Shown: positions 33,339 to 42,362 of the stretch, one piece after another
How positions within the stretch are numbered: the stretch's first letter is position 1
Layout of the letters: each line of letters starts with the position of its first letter
NCBI GenBank assembly: GCA_036556325.1
Contig: DATBJR010000113.1
Location: 1 to 58,892, forward strand
DNA length: 58,892 nucleotides
Direction of reading: 5' to 3'
Origin: Candidatus Limnocylindria bacterium
GTDB taxonomy: Bacteria > Chloroflexota > Limnocylindria > QHBO01
Translations under genes and position numbers: made by a program
The notes under the pieces: model-generated
The model's input: only the letters and a program-made list of their open reading frames with translations
Database searches by the model: none
What the model was told of the DNA's origin: nothing

Positions 33339-34285
33339 GGGCAGCGCGCCCGCGCCGTGACCCCGTCGGCGCGGCGATCGTGCTGGGTGCGGCGGCCTGC
33401 TTCGGGACGCTCGGGCCGCTCTCCGACTTCGCCGCGCGGGCCGGTGTCAGCAGCCTGACCTTCGCCACCTGGCGAGCGGCCCTGGGCGCGCTGTGCATTG
33501 CGGCCGTCCTGCTTGTCGCCCGGGGCTTCGGCCGCCCCGTCGGCCTCGTCCCGCTCCGCAGGCTGGCGGGACGCGACGGCGGCTGGGTGGCCGCCGCGGC
33601 CATCGTCAACGCACTGCTGAACCTGGCCGTCTTCATCGCCTTCGCGCGCGTCGGCATCGTCCTCTCGTTGCTCATGTTCTACCTCTACCCGGCCTGGGTG
33701 GCCCTGGCCTCGGTGGTCTGGTTCGGCGAGCGCCTGGACGGGATCCGCTGGACGGCACTCGGCATGTCGCTCGCCGGCAGCGTGCTGGTCGTGGCGGGTG
33801 CAGGGAACATCGGCTCCCTGGATGCGCTGGGGATCGGGCTCGCCTTCCTGGGGGGCATCGGCCAGACGTTCTACGTGCTGACCGCCCGCCACGGCTTCGC
33901 CGGCATCCCGGGCGCACAGGCGGCGGTGATGACCATGACCGGGGCGACGGTCGTCAGTCTGCTGCTGGCGCTGGCCTTCACCGGCGCGGCCACGCTGATG
34001 GAGCCGATGCGCTCGACGCCTGCCCTCTGGCCCGTGGTCCTGGCGGGCGTCGTCGGAGCGGGCGTGCCCACCTTCCTGTACATCACCGGCATCCGCCGGC
34101 TGGGACCGCCCACTGCCTCGATCCTGGCCACCTTCGAGCCGGTGGTCGGCGTGGCGCTGGCCGCATGGCTGCTGGGCGAGCGGCCCGCCGTCGCCCAGCT
34201 GGCCGGTGGCCTGCTCATCATCGCCGCCGGCATCCTGTTGCAACTGCGGCCACATGCCGAGACCGCCGACCACGAGGCGCTATAA
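33335..34285 (+). CDS. EamA/DMT family transporter
   Basis: The GTG start at 33335 overlaps the ABC-F stop (GTGA). About 10 hydrophobic helices are arranged as two repeated EamA-like halves. Confidence 0.75.
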   Translation: MRAARPRRDPVGAAIVLGAAACFGTLGPLSDFAARAGVSSLTFATWRAALGALCIAAVLLVARGFGRPVGLVPLRRLAGRDGGWVAAAAIVNALLNLAVFIAFARVGIVLSLLMFYLYPAWVALASVVWFGERLDGIRWTALGMSLAGSVLVVAGAGNIGSLDALGIGLAFLGGIGQTFYVLTARHGFAGIPGAQAAVMTMTGATVVSLLLALAFTGAATLMEPMRSTPALWPVVLAGVVGAGVPTFLYITGIRRLGPPTASILATFEPVVGVALAAWLLGERPAVAQLAGGLLIIAAGILLQLRPHAETADHEAL

Positions 34286-34289
34286 GCGG

Positions 34290-35294
34290 CTAGGCCATCA
34301 GGGCGGCGTGGATCGCCTGGGCCGCGCGGGCGAGCTGGTCCAGTGGGACCTCTGACCACGCCACGCGGAAGCCGCCCTCGTCGAAGCTGCCCGCCCCGTG
34401 CGCCGGAACGGGGAGCTGCTCGGGCACCATGCCGGCGGGCCCGACGAGGCTGACGCGTGCGATGTGCTGCTTGCGGTCCACCGCCAGCATCAGCACGCCG
34501 TCGGCGGGCGCGCCGCGGCGAGCGACGCGTACCGCGGTCCGCGGCCCCGTGGCATCCACCGAGCGCACCTCGAGCGCCAGCCGGCCGCGCCGGGCCCGGC
34601 GCACCGCAACCGGATGCACGACCTCGGCCCCGAGCTCCGCCAGCAGCTCCAGCTGCAGTGCGTCGACCACCGGCAGCAGGCGCGCGGCGGGGACCAGGTG
34701 CGGATCGGCCTCCATCACGCCGCCCACGTCCTTGAACAGCTCGCAGCGCTCCGCGCGAAGGGCGACTGCCAGCACGACCGCCGACAGGTCCGTGCCCCCG
34801 CGGCCCAGGGTCGTCAGCTCGCCGTGCGATCCGATCCCCTGGAAGCCGGCCACGACCGGCACCACGCCCTCGGCCAGCGCCGCCCGCAGCCGGCGCGGCA
34901 GGACCCGGCGTACTTCTGCGCCCAGGTGCGCGGCGGCGGTGCGAATCCCGGCCTCGGCGCCGCTGAACGAGCGCGCCGGGATGCCTCGCGCTCGGAGGCC
35001 CAGCGCGAACAGCGCCGCGGACAGCGCCTCGCCGGTGGCCAGGGCCCGGTCCGCCTCGCGCGCGAACGCGGCATCCGGATCGTGGGCGTGCTCGCGCAGC
35101 GCGGCGCCGCCGTCGGGAAGCAGCACGGCTGCCGAGGCGAGGATCGCGTCCGTGACGCCCTCGAAGGCGGAGACCACGACCACCGGCCGCAGGCCGGCGG
35201 CCCGCTGCTCGGCAACGGCCGCCACCGCGGCAGCGATGTCCCCGGGACGCCGCAGCACCGAGCCACCGAACTTGTCGACGACCACGCCCTCCAT
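34290..35294 (-). CDS. aspartate kinase-like amino-acid kinase (short, 334 aa)
   Basis: VVDKFGGSVL, VVVVSAFEGVTD, VPVVAGFQG and TTLGRGGTDLSAV.LAVAL are aspartokinase signatures. The C-terminal regulatory region is only about 80 aa. Confidence 0.7.
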   Translation of the reverse strand: MEGVVVDKFGGSVLRRPGDIAAAVAAVAEQRAAGLRPVVVVSAFEGVTDAILASAAVLLPDGGAALREHAHDPDAAFAREADRALATGEALSAALFALGLRARGIPARSFSGAEAGIRTAAAHLGAEVRRVLPRRLRAALAEGVVPVVAGFQGIGSHGELTTLGRGGTDLSAVVLAVALRAERCELFKDVGGVMEADPHLVPAARLLPVVDALQLELLAELGAEVVHPVAVRRARRGRLALEVRSVDATGPRTAVRVARRGAPADGVLMLAVDRKQHIARVSLVGPAGMVPEQLPVPAHGAGSFDEGGFRVAWSEVPLDQLARAAQAIHAALMA

Positions 35295-35375
35295 CGCGGC
35301 ACTCTAGCCGGGCTCCACCCCGCTATGGTTAGCGGGCCGTCCGGCGACCGCTGCCGGCCGGTGAGGAGGGTGCTG

Positions 35376-36428
35376 GTGAACGTCTTCGGTCGGCTGGGCG
35401 CATCCGTCATCGGCCTGATCGTGGTTGCCAGCTCGATGCTGCTGGTGCAGCCGGGCCGGGTGATCGCGCTGGAAGGCGACAAGCGCCCGAACCTGCAGAT
35501 GACGCGCCTGCGCGACTGGCACATCCAGTTCGTCGACGGCCGGCGGCTGCTCCGCTTCACGACGATCTTCGTCAACGCCGGCCGCGGCGCCTTCGAGCTG
35601 CGTGGCCACCGCGCCTCGACGCGGGACCGCACGATGTCGATCGACCAGGTCATGTACCGCTGGGACGGGACGACTCGCCGCATCCCCACCGAGGCGATTG
35701 CGAAATATGCCGGCGACGGCCACGACCACTGGCACGTGCAGAACGTGGTGATCTACGAGGTGTGGCGCATCGGCGACCTGGCGAACACGCGGCGTGGCGC
35801 CAAGACCGGCTTCTGCTTCTTCGACACGACCCCTTGGCGCCTTGGGCTGCCCGGGGCCCGGCAGCACGGCTACTACCAGCAGGAGTGGTGCGGGACCCGG
35901 TCGTCGCTGCACAACCGGGTCGGCGTGTCGGTCGGCTGGGGCGACGACTACCCGTGGAACTTCGTGTTCCAGTGGGTCGACATCAGCGGCCTGCCCGGCG
36001 GCCGCTACCGGGTGCGCGCCACGGTGGACCTGCGCAACGACTACGACGAGTCGATCGAGGACGACAACTGCACCTGGGCCGTCCTCGACATCCCCGATCC
36101 CGGCACCGGCACCACCGTCAAGGTCGAGCACCAGGGCTTCGGCTGCGACGCCGATGCCATGCAGCCGGTCACGTCCTATGCGGGCGCCGAGACGTTCGAT
36201 CCGCCGCGCGACGTGACGTTCCAGCCGGCCGTGCACATCGGCTACCGGTTCAACTCCAAGGGCACCGAGCTGGGCCGGGTCTGGCGCCACCCGACCATGG
36301 CGCGACCGGGGACCGCGACCGTCCGGGCGCCGGTGCCGGGGCGGAGCGGCCAGTGGCTCTACATCGTGTCCGGGCCCTACGCCGGCTACTGGTTCCGAGA
36401 CACGGCGGACATCGACCTGGCGCCCTGA
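35376..36428 (+). CDS. lysyl oxidase family (LOX-like) copper amine oxidase homologue, probably secreted
   Basis: GAGGAGG at 35363-35369 precedes the GTG at 35376. A hydrophobic N-terminus (FGRLGASVIGLIVVASSMLLV) is followed by blocks that align with the human LOX catalytic domain: RRLLRFTTIFVNAGRGAF, GHDHWHVQN (Cu-His), GAKTGFCFFDT (LTQ Lys), GWGDDYPWNFVFQWVDISGLPGGRY (LTQ Tyr) and DESIEDDN. Confidence 0.8.
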   Translation: MNVFGRLGASVIGLIVVASSMLLVQPGRVIALEGDKRPNLQMTRLRDWHIQFVDGRRLLRFTTIFVNAGRGAFELRGHRASTRDRTMSIDQVMYRWDGTTRRIPTEAIAKYAGDGHDHWHVQNVVIYEVWRIGDLANTRRGAKTGFCFFDTTPWRLGLPGARQHGYYQQEWCGTRSSLHNRVGVSVGWGDDYPWNFVFQWVDISGLPGGRYRVRATVDLRNDYDESIEDDNCTWAVLDIPDPGTGTTVKVEHQGFGCDADAMQPVTSYAGAETFDPPRDVTFQPAVHIGYRFNSKGTELGRVWRHPTMARPGTATVRAPVPGRSGQWLYIVSGPYAGYWFRDTADIDLAP

Positions 36429-36481
36429 GCGGGTGACCGGACGGCGCGGCAGCTGGCGCCGCGCCGCATCGGCTCACGAGC

Positions 36482-37606
36482 TCAGCTGGGCGTGATGCGG
36501 ATGACCTTGTCGTTCGACCCGTTCGAGGTCGTCAGGTAGAGCTTGTTGCCGGGCCCCAGCACGGCGGCCCGCAGCCGGCCCCAGCGGTTGTTGAACAGCA
36601 GGGCGTGGAAGGTTACCGGCGAGCCATCGAGCGCAACGCTGAAGCGGCGAAGGTCGCTCTCCTTCAGGCTGCACACCAGCAGGCTGTTGTCCCAGTCGCC
36701 CCAGTTCGCGCCGTTGACGAAGGCCCCGCCCGATGTGGCCCAGGTCGGCCCCTCCGTGGAGAATGCGGGAGCGGTGAAGGCCGGGTGCCCGGGGCACGAC
36801 ATGTTGAAGTGGTTGCGCCCGGTGACGCAGGGCCAGCCGAAGTCCCGGCCCGGCCGGATCCAGTTGACCTCGTCGTCGCGGTCAGGCCCATGCTCGACCG
36901 CGTAGACCCGACCGTTCTCGGGGTGGAACGCGATCCCCTGCGGGTTGCGGTGGCCGATGCTGTAGACCCGCGTCGGGCTGCTGTGGCCGGGCCAGATCGG
37001 ATTGTCGGCGGGGATGCTGCCGTCCCGGTTGACGCGCAGGATCTTGCCATTGAGCTTGTTGGGATCCTGGGCGTCCATCGGGTGGTTCGCGTCGCCCATG
37101 CTCAGCCAGATCTTGTGATCCGGTCCCTCCTGCACCGCGCAGCCGTTGTGGATGGTGTTGGCCCGCATGCCGTTGCGGATCAGGTACTTGCTGAAGTCCA
37201 GGTGCCAGCCAGCGGTCATCCGGTAGCGGATCAGCTGGTTGCGCCAGGCACCGTTGTCGTTGCGTGAGACGCAGATGTAGACCCAGCGGGTGTTCACGAA
37301 GTCGTGGTCGATGGCGATGCCCATCACGCCGGCCTCGCCCTCGGCGTGCACGCGACCGATGGTGCTGGTGGCGATGAGCGGCGCGTTGAGGTTGCCGCTC
37401 TCGTAGACGCGGACGCGGCCGGGCCGCTCGGTGACGATCATCCGGCCGCTCGGCGCGAAGGCGATGTCCCACGGGATGACGAGCCCGTTCTGGACGACCC
37501 GGCCGGTGAGGGTCGGCGGTGTCACCGCCACCGCGGTGCCGGGCAGCAGCATGGAGACGGCCAGGGCAACGGTGGTCAGGACGACGAGGCGCGGTCGGCG
37601 GAGCAC
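36482..37606 (-). CDS. PQQ-dependent sugar dehydrogenase (soluble glucose/sorbosone dehydrogenase family), secreted
   Basis: A signal-like N-terminus (LVVLTTVALAVSMLLPGTAVA) is present, together with PWDIAF.PSGRMIVTERPGRV, HNGC and GHRNPQGIAF motifs. GGAGGG precedes the GTG start. Confidence 0.85.
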   Translation of the reverse strand: MLRRPRLVVLTTVALAVSMLLPGTAVAVTPPTLTGRVVQNGLVIPWDIAFAPSGRMIVTERPGRVRVYESGNLNAPLIATSTIGRVHAEGEAGVMGIAIDHDFVNTRWVYICVSRNDNGAWRNQLIRYRMTAGWHLDFSKYLIRNGMRANTIHNGCAVQEGPDHKIWLSMGDANHPMDAQDPNKLNGKILRVNRDGSIPADNPIWPGHSSPTRVYSIGHRNPQGIAFHPENGRVYAVEHGPDRDDEVNWIRPGRDFGWPCVTGRNHFNMSCPGHPAFTAPAFSTEGPTWATSGGAFVNGANWGDWDNSLLVCSLKESDLRRFSVALDGSPVTFHALLFNNRWGRLRAAVLGPGNKLYLTTSNGSNDKVIRITPS

Positions 37607-37702
37607 GGTTCCCTCCAGGCAGCCAGCGATTTGGAACTGCGGTCACTGTACGCCATGCCGCTGGCCGGATGACCGCGGCCGCGCGCCGCTACGCTGCCGC
37701 AC

Positions 37703-38599
37703 ATGGGTGCTCCCTCGCCGGCGGCGATTCGCCACCACGTCCTCGCCTGGTTCGCGCGTGAGCGGCGTGACCTGCCGTGGCGCGAAACGCAGGACCCATG
37801 GGCGGTGCTCGTCAGCGAGGTGATGCTGCAGCAGACCCAGGCGTCGCGCATCGCGGAGCGCTTCCCGTCCTTCCTCGAGCGTTTCCCCACGCCACGGGCC
37901 ATGGCCGACGCCTCCGAGGCCGATGTCCTGGCGGCCTGGAGTGGCCTCGGCTACAACCGCCGCGCCCTCAACCTGCGGCGTGCAGCCCGGGCCGTCACCG
38001 CCTCCGGCTGGCCGCGGACGGTCGAAGGGCTGCGGAGTCTCCCCGGCGTCGGCCCGTACACCGCGCGCGCGGTGGCGGCCCTGGCCTTCGGAGAACCCGT
38101 GGGCGCAGTGGACACCAATGTCCGCCGCTGGCTGGTTCGGCGCTTCGGCCTGCCCGATGCGACGCCCGTCGCCGAGCTCCAGGCCCTGGCCGATGCGCTG
38201 GCCGCAGCCGGCGGCCCTCGCACCGACGCGACCGAGGCCGCCAGCTGGATGCATGCCAGCATGGAGTTCGGCGCCACCGTCTGCGCCGCCCGGCGGCCGC
38301 GCTGCGATGCCTGTCCCATCGCGCGCGGCTGCCCCAGCCGATCGCGGGTGCGCCGGGTCCCGGTCAACCACCAGCCGGCCCTCGGCGGGTCGCTGCGCGC
38401 CGATCGCGGCGCGGTGGTGCGGGCGCTCGTCGCCTCGCCCGGTCACGCGCTGCGCATCAGCGAGCTGGCGTCCGTCGCGGCGAACCCCGACGTCGTCCTC
38501 GACAGCCTCGAGCGTGACGGGCTGGCGCATCGACGCGGCAGCCTCGCGCGCCTCGGCAGCCGGGCGACCGGCGGATCGGCGTCTACAATCGAGCCGTGA
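37703..38599 (+). CDS. mutY: A/G-specific adenine DNA glycosylase
   Basis: LPWRETQDPWAVLVSEVMLQQTQ, GLGYNRRA and PGVGPYTA (HhH-GPD) are present, as is the 4Fe-4S motif CAARRPRCDACPIARGC. Confidence 0.85.
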   Translation: MGAPSPAAIRHHVLAWFARERRDLPWRETQDPWAVLVSEVMLQQTQASRIAERFPSFLERFPTPRAMADASEADVLAAWSGLGYNRRALNLRRAARAVTASGWPRTVEGLRSLPGVGPYTARAVAALAFGEPVGAVDTNVRRWLVRRFGLPDATPVAELQALADALAAAGGPRTDATEAASWMHASMEFGATVCAARRPRCDACPIARGCPSRSRVRRVPVNHQPALGGSLRADRGAVVRALVASPGHALRISELASVAANPDVVLDSLERDGLAHRRGSLARLGSRATGGSASTIEP

Positions 38600-39096
38600 C
38601 CATGACCCGTGGCGCCGGGCTCCGTGTGGCGATCGGCGAGCAGATGCCCTCGGTCGGGCTGCGTGCCACCGACGGCTTCCTGCTCAACCTGCGCACCTTC
38701 GTCGGCAAGCGGCCGTCGATCGTCGTCTTCTTTGCCGGGCCGAGCGTGCGCGGCGCGCGCCGTGAGGAGGGCGACGCCCTGGCCCGTGCCCTGGCCGATG
38801 CGCACCCCCGGCTGGAACGCGCCGGCATCGGACTGGTGGCGGTCACCACCGACTCCGAACGCCAGCAGGCCGAGTACGTGGAGCAGCTGAAGCTGCCGTA
38901 CCTGCTGTACTGCGACGAGCGGCGCACGGCGGTCGAGCTGCTCGGCATCCCGACCCGTGCCGAACGCGGCAACGTGAACGCCGAGCCCACGGCCTTCGCG
39001 GTCAGCATGGACGGGACGATCCTGGACGTCGTGCCGCGCGCGGAGCCGCGCGGCCTGGTGGCTCGGCTGCTCGAGGCCATCAACCCGCCGAGCTAG
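38596..39096 (+). CDS. peroxiredoxin/redoxin-fold protein lacking the peroxidatic cysteine
   Basis: The layout is Bcp/AhpC-TSA-like (GKRPSIVVFF...GIGLVAVTTDS...YLLYCDE). However, FFAGPSVRGAR replaces the canonical FYP..TPGCT segment. The start overlaps the mutY stop (GTGA). Confidence 0.55.
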   Translation: MTMTRGAGLRVAIGEQMPSVGLRATDGFLLNLRTFVGKRPSIVVFFAGPSVRGARREEGDALARALADAHPRLERAGIGLVAVTTDSERQQAEYVEQLKLPYLLYCDERRTAVELLGIPTRAERGNVNAEPTAFAVSMDGTILDVVPRAEPRGLVARLLEAINPPS

Positions 39097-39109
39097 CGAC
39101 CCCATCGCG

Positions 39110-40132
39110 ATGCTCGCCGTTCGCTCGCATGCCGCCGGCGACCCGCTGCGGCTGGAGCAGCTGCCGATCCCCGAGCCCACCGGCAGCGAAGTGCGAGTCC
39201 GTGTCGCCGGCTGCGGGGTGTGCCACACCGACCTGCATCTCGCGCGCACCGATCGCCTGCGGGTCACGCGGCCGTTGACGCTGGGCCACGAGATCACCGG
39301 CTGGGTGGATGCCGCCGGGCCGGACGCCGCCCGCGCCCTGCGCCGGGCGCGGATCAACCCGGACGAAGCGGTCATCGTCTTCGGCGGCTGGGGCTGCGGT
39401 GCCTGCCGCGAATGTGCCGCAGGCGAGGAGCAGCGCTGCCTGGACGGCGCGTCGCCGGGCTTCCAGCGCGACGGCGGCTACGCCGAGTACGTGCTCGTCC
39501 CACACCCGCGCCACCTCGTCCCGCTGCGTGGCCTCGACGCGGTGGACGCGGCCCCGCTGGCCGACGCGGGGGTGACGCCCTACCGCGCCGTGATGCGTGC
39601 CAGTCCCTGGTTGGACGCCGGCGCGCGCGTCCTGCTCATCGGCATGGGCGGGCTTGGCCAGTTCGCCATCCAGTTCCTGCGCCGGGTGAGCGGTTTGACC
39701 ATCGCCGTGCGAGAGCTGGACCCGGACAAGCTCGCGATCGCCGAGGAGCTGGGAGCCGACCTGGGGGTGCTGGGTGGCGACGAGTCGCTGGTCAGCCTGG
39801 GCCTGGGCGGGCATGCGGACGTGGTGTTCGACTTCGTCGGGACCGACGACACGCTGGACTACGCCGCGCGCAACGTCGAGCCTGGCGGCCTGGTGTGCCT
39901 GGTGGGCGAGGCCGGGGGGCGCCTGGCCTTCGGCATGGAGCGGCCGCCAATCGAAAGCTATCTGACGGCCGCCGCCTGGGGCTCGCTGGACGACCTGCGC
40001 CAGGTGGTGCGCCTCGCGTCGCGTGACCGCCTGCGCTGGAACGTCGAGCGCATGCCGTTGCGCAAGGCCCGCTCCGCCCATGACCGGCTGCTGGCCGGCA
40101 AGGTCAGGGGCAGGATCGTGCTCGTCCCGTAG
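39110..40132 (+). CDS. zinc-dependent alcohol dehydrogenase family oxidoreductase
   Basis: GCGVCHTDLH, the structural-Zn motif GCGACRECAAGEEQRC and the Rossmann motif LLIGMGGLG are present. Confidence 0.9.
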   Translation: MLAVRSHAAGDPLRLEQLPIPEPTGSEVRVRVAGCGVCHTDLHLARTDRLRVTRPLTLGHEITGWVDAAGPDAARALRRARINPDEAVIVFGGWGCGACRECAAGEEQRCLDGASPGFQRDGGYAEYVLVPHPRHLVPLRGLDAVDAAPLADAGVTPYRAVMRASPWLDAGARVLLIGMGGLGQFAIQFLRRVSGLTIAVRELDPDKLAIAEELGADLGVLGGDESLVSLGLGGHADVVFDFVGTDDTLDYAARNVEPGGLVCLVGEAGGRLAFGMERPPIESYLTAAAWGSLDDLRQVVRLASRDRLRWNVERMPLRKARSAHDRLLAGKVRGRIVLVP

Positions 40133-40143
40133 CGAGCAACAGG

Positions 40144-40866
40144 TCAGTCGCCGAAGAGGCGGCCCAGGATCCCCTTCGGCTTGTCCGGCGCAGCCACGTA
40201 CCACGGCCCGGACACCGACTCGTACGCCTCGCGGACCGATGCCGCGCCGAGATCGGTGACCGCCAGCTCGCGGCGCGATCCGAGGTTGTCGTTGGCGACC
40301 GCGTGCAGCCGGTTGCGCACCTCGTCGAACGCGGCGAGCTCGGCCTCGGGCACCAGCTGGATGCCGATCGTCCAGCTCGTGCCGGCTCGCAGCAGCCAGG
40401 CCCGCGCGACCTGCGGCAGCTCAATGAGGGCCCGCTGCAGCTCACCGGCGAACGGCTGCGGGACGTCGGTCGGCGCCTCCAGCGGCGGGAGCTCGCCATA
40501 GGGCCGTCGCGCCCGCATCGCCTCCGGCGTGGACGGATCGATCCCGGCGGCCAGGAATGGCAGCACCGCCGCCGGCACCTCCAGCTCGGCCGGGGCGCCC
40601 GCGTCGATGACCACCCGCTCGCCCGCGGCCTCGGCCCGCGCGAAGACCTCGCGCGCCGGCAGCTCGATGGCGTCGCTGCCCGGCGGCCCGTACTGGTGGT
40701 AGGCCTCCGCCGAGCTGTAGGCGGCCAGGAAGCGCCCCCCGTCATCGGTGCCATGGCGCATCCCCTCGATCGGGACGCGTGCCGGGTCCACCGCCTGCCC
40801 GGTCGACGAGCGGATCGGCACCACCAGCGCCATCTGCAGCAGGTCGCCCAGGCCCGGCTCGGTCAT
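40144..40866 (-). CDS. SseB-like family protein (uncharacterised)
   Basis: The protein is 240 aa. The pattern ALVVPI....FLAAYSSAEA....VVIDAG, followed by a second domain (ARAWLL...), is typical of SseB/SseB_C proteins. The start overlaps the gltX stop (ATGA). Confidence 0.45.
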   Translation of the reverse strand: MTEPGLGDLLQMALVVPIRSSTGQAVDPARVPIEGMRHGTDDGGRFLAAYSSAEAYHQYGPPGSDAIELPAREVFARAEAAGERVVIDAGAPAELEVPAAVLPFLAAGIDPSTPEAMRARRPYGELPPLEAPTDVPQPFAGELQRALIELPQVARAWLLRAGTSWTIGIQLVPEAELAAFDEVRNRLHAVANDNLGSRRELAVTDLGAASVREAYESVSGPWYVAAPDKPKGILGRLFGD

Positions 40867-42362
40867 GCGGTCGGCGCCTCGGCGCTCACCTTGCCGAGCG
40901 CGCTGTCGATCCGCGCCAGCACGCGGTCACGGCCCAGCAGCTCCATCGAGCCGAAGAGCGGAGGCGAGACGCCGCGGCCTGTCACTGCGGCACGCAGCGG
41001 TCGGAAGAAGTCGCCGGCCTTCCAGCCCAGCTCCTCGGCGGCCCTGCGGCAGCGGGTTTCCAGCACGTCGGCGCTGAAATCGCCATCGGTCAGGGCGTCC
41101 AGGGTGTCGCGGGCGATTGCCAGCGCCCGGGCGGCGTCAGCGGGCGCGCGTCCCTTGGGGACCAGCGCATCGGCGTCGTACAGGGCCGCGACCTCGGCGT
41201 CGGACTCCACCAGGAAGGCGGTCAGCTCGGTCGCATCGGCCAGGCGCACCAGCCGCTCCTTGATCAACGGCGTCACCCGCAGCACGGCGGCGTCATCCAG
41301 CGCATCCGGCAGGAACGGCCGCAGGCGCAGGGCAAGCTGCTCGTCGGTCAGGCTGCGAATGTAGACCCCGTTGAGGTAATCCAGGCGATCGACATCGAAC
41401 ACGGCGCCCGCCTTGTGCACGTGGGCGAGGTCGAAGCGCTGGCTGAGCTCGTCGAGCGTGAAGATCTCCTCCTCGGTGCCCGGCGACCAGCCCAGGAAGG
41501 CCAGGAAGTTGACGAGCGCCTCCGGCAGGTAGCCCTGCTCGCGATAGGCGGTGATCGCGGTCTGTGACTTGCGCTTGCTCATCTTCGAGCGGTCCGGGTT
41601 GAGGATGAGCGGGATGTGGCCGAAGCGCGGCTCCCGGTAGCCCAGCGCCCTGATCAGGGCGATGTGCTTGGGCGTGTTGGAGAGGTGGTCCTCGCCGCGG
41701 ATGACATGGGTGATGTCCATCTTCTCGTCGTCGACCACCACCACGAAGTGGTAGAGCGGGACGCCGCTGGCGCGGACGATGACGAAGTCGCCGAGCAGCG
41801 CGTTGTCGAACTCGACTTCGCCACGGATCAGGTCGTCGAAGCGGATGGTCTCCGGCGGCACCTTGAGCCGCACCACCGGCTGGCGGCCCTCGCGGGCGAA
41901 CTGCTCGCGGTCGGCATGAGTCAGGCGCAGGCAGCGACCGTTGTAGCGCGGCGCCTCCTTCTTTGCCTCCTGCTCCCGGCGAACGGCCTCCAGCTCCTCC
42001 GGCGTGCACCAGCAGTGGTAGGCCGCGCCAGATGCCATGAGGCGATCCGCCTCGGCGGCGTACAGGTCCAGCCGCATCGACTGGCGGTAGGGGCCATAGG
42101 ACCCGATGTCGTCGCCGCGAGCCACCTGCGGGCCTTCGTCCCAGGTGATCCCCAGCCAGTGCAGGGTGTCGATGATGTCCTGCTCCTGCTCGACCGTGCT
42201 GCGTGCCAGGTCGGTGTCCTCGATGCGCAGCACGTACGTCCCGCCGACGTGGCGTGCGAACAGGAAGTTGTAGAGGCTGGTGCGCGCGGTGCCGATGTGC
42301 AGCGGCCCGGTGGGGCTCGGCGCCATCCGGACGCGAACGGGCAGCTCGCTGGTGTCAGTCAT
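40863..42362 (-). CDS. gltX: glutamate--tRNA ligase
   Basis: RMAPSPTGPLHIGTARTSLYNF is the HIGH motif and KMSKRK is the KMSKS motif. The protein is 499 aa. Confidence 0.95.
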   Translation of the reverse strand: MTDTSELPVRVRMAPSPTGPLHIGTARTSLYNFLFARHVGGTYVLRIEDTDLARSTVEQEQDIIDTLHWLGITWDEGPQVARGDDIGSYGPYRQSMRLDLYAAEADRLMASGAAYHCWCTPEELEAVRREQEAKKEAPRYNGRCLRLTHADREQFAREGRQPVVRLKVPPETIRFDDLIRGEVEFDNALLGDFVIVRASGVPLYHFVVVVDDEKMDITHVIRGEDHLSNTPKHIALIRALGYREPRFGHIPLILNPDRSKMSKRKSQTAITAYREQGYLPEALVNFLAFLGWSPGTEEEIFTLDELSQRFDLAHVHKAGAVFDVDRLDYLNGVYIRSLTDEQLALRLRPFLPDALDDAAVLRVTPLIKERLVRLADATELTAFLVESDAEVAALYDADALVPKGRAPADAARALAIARDTLDALTDGDFSADVLETRCRRAAEELGWKAGDFFRPLRAAVTGRGVSPPLFGSMELLGRDRVLARIDSALGKVSAEAPTA

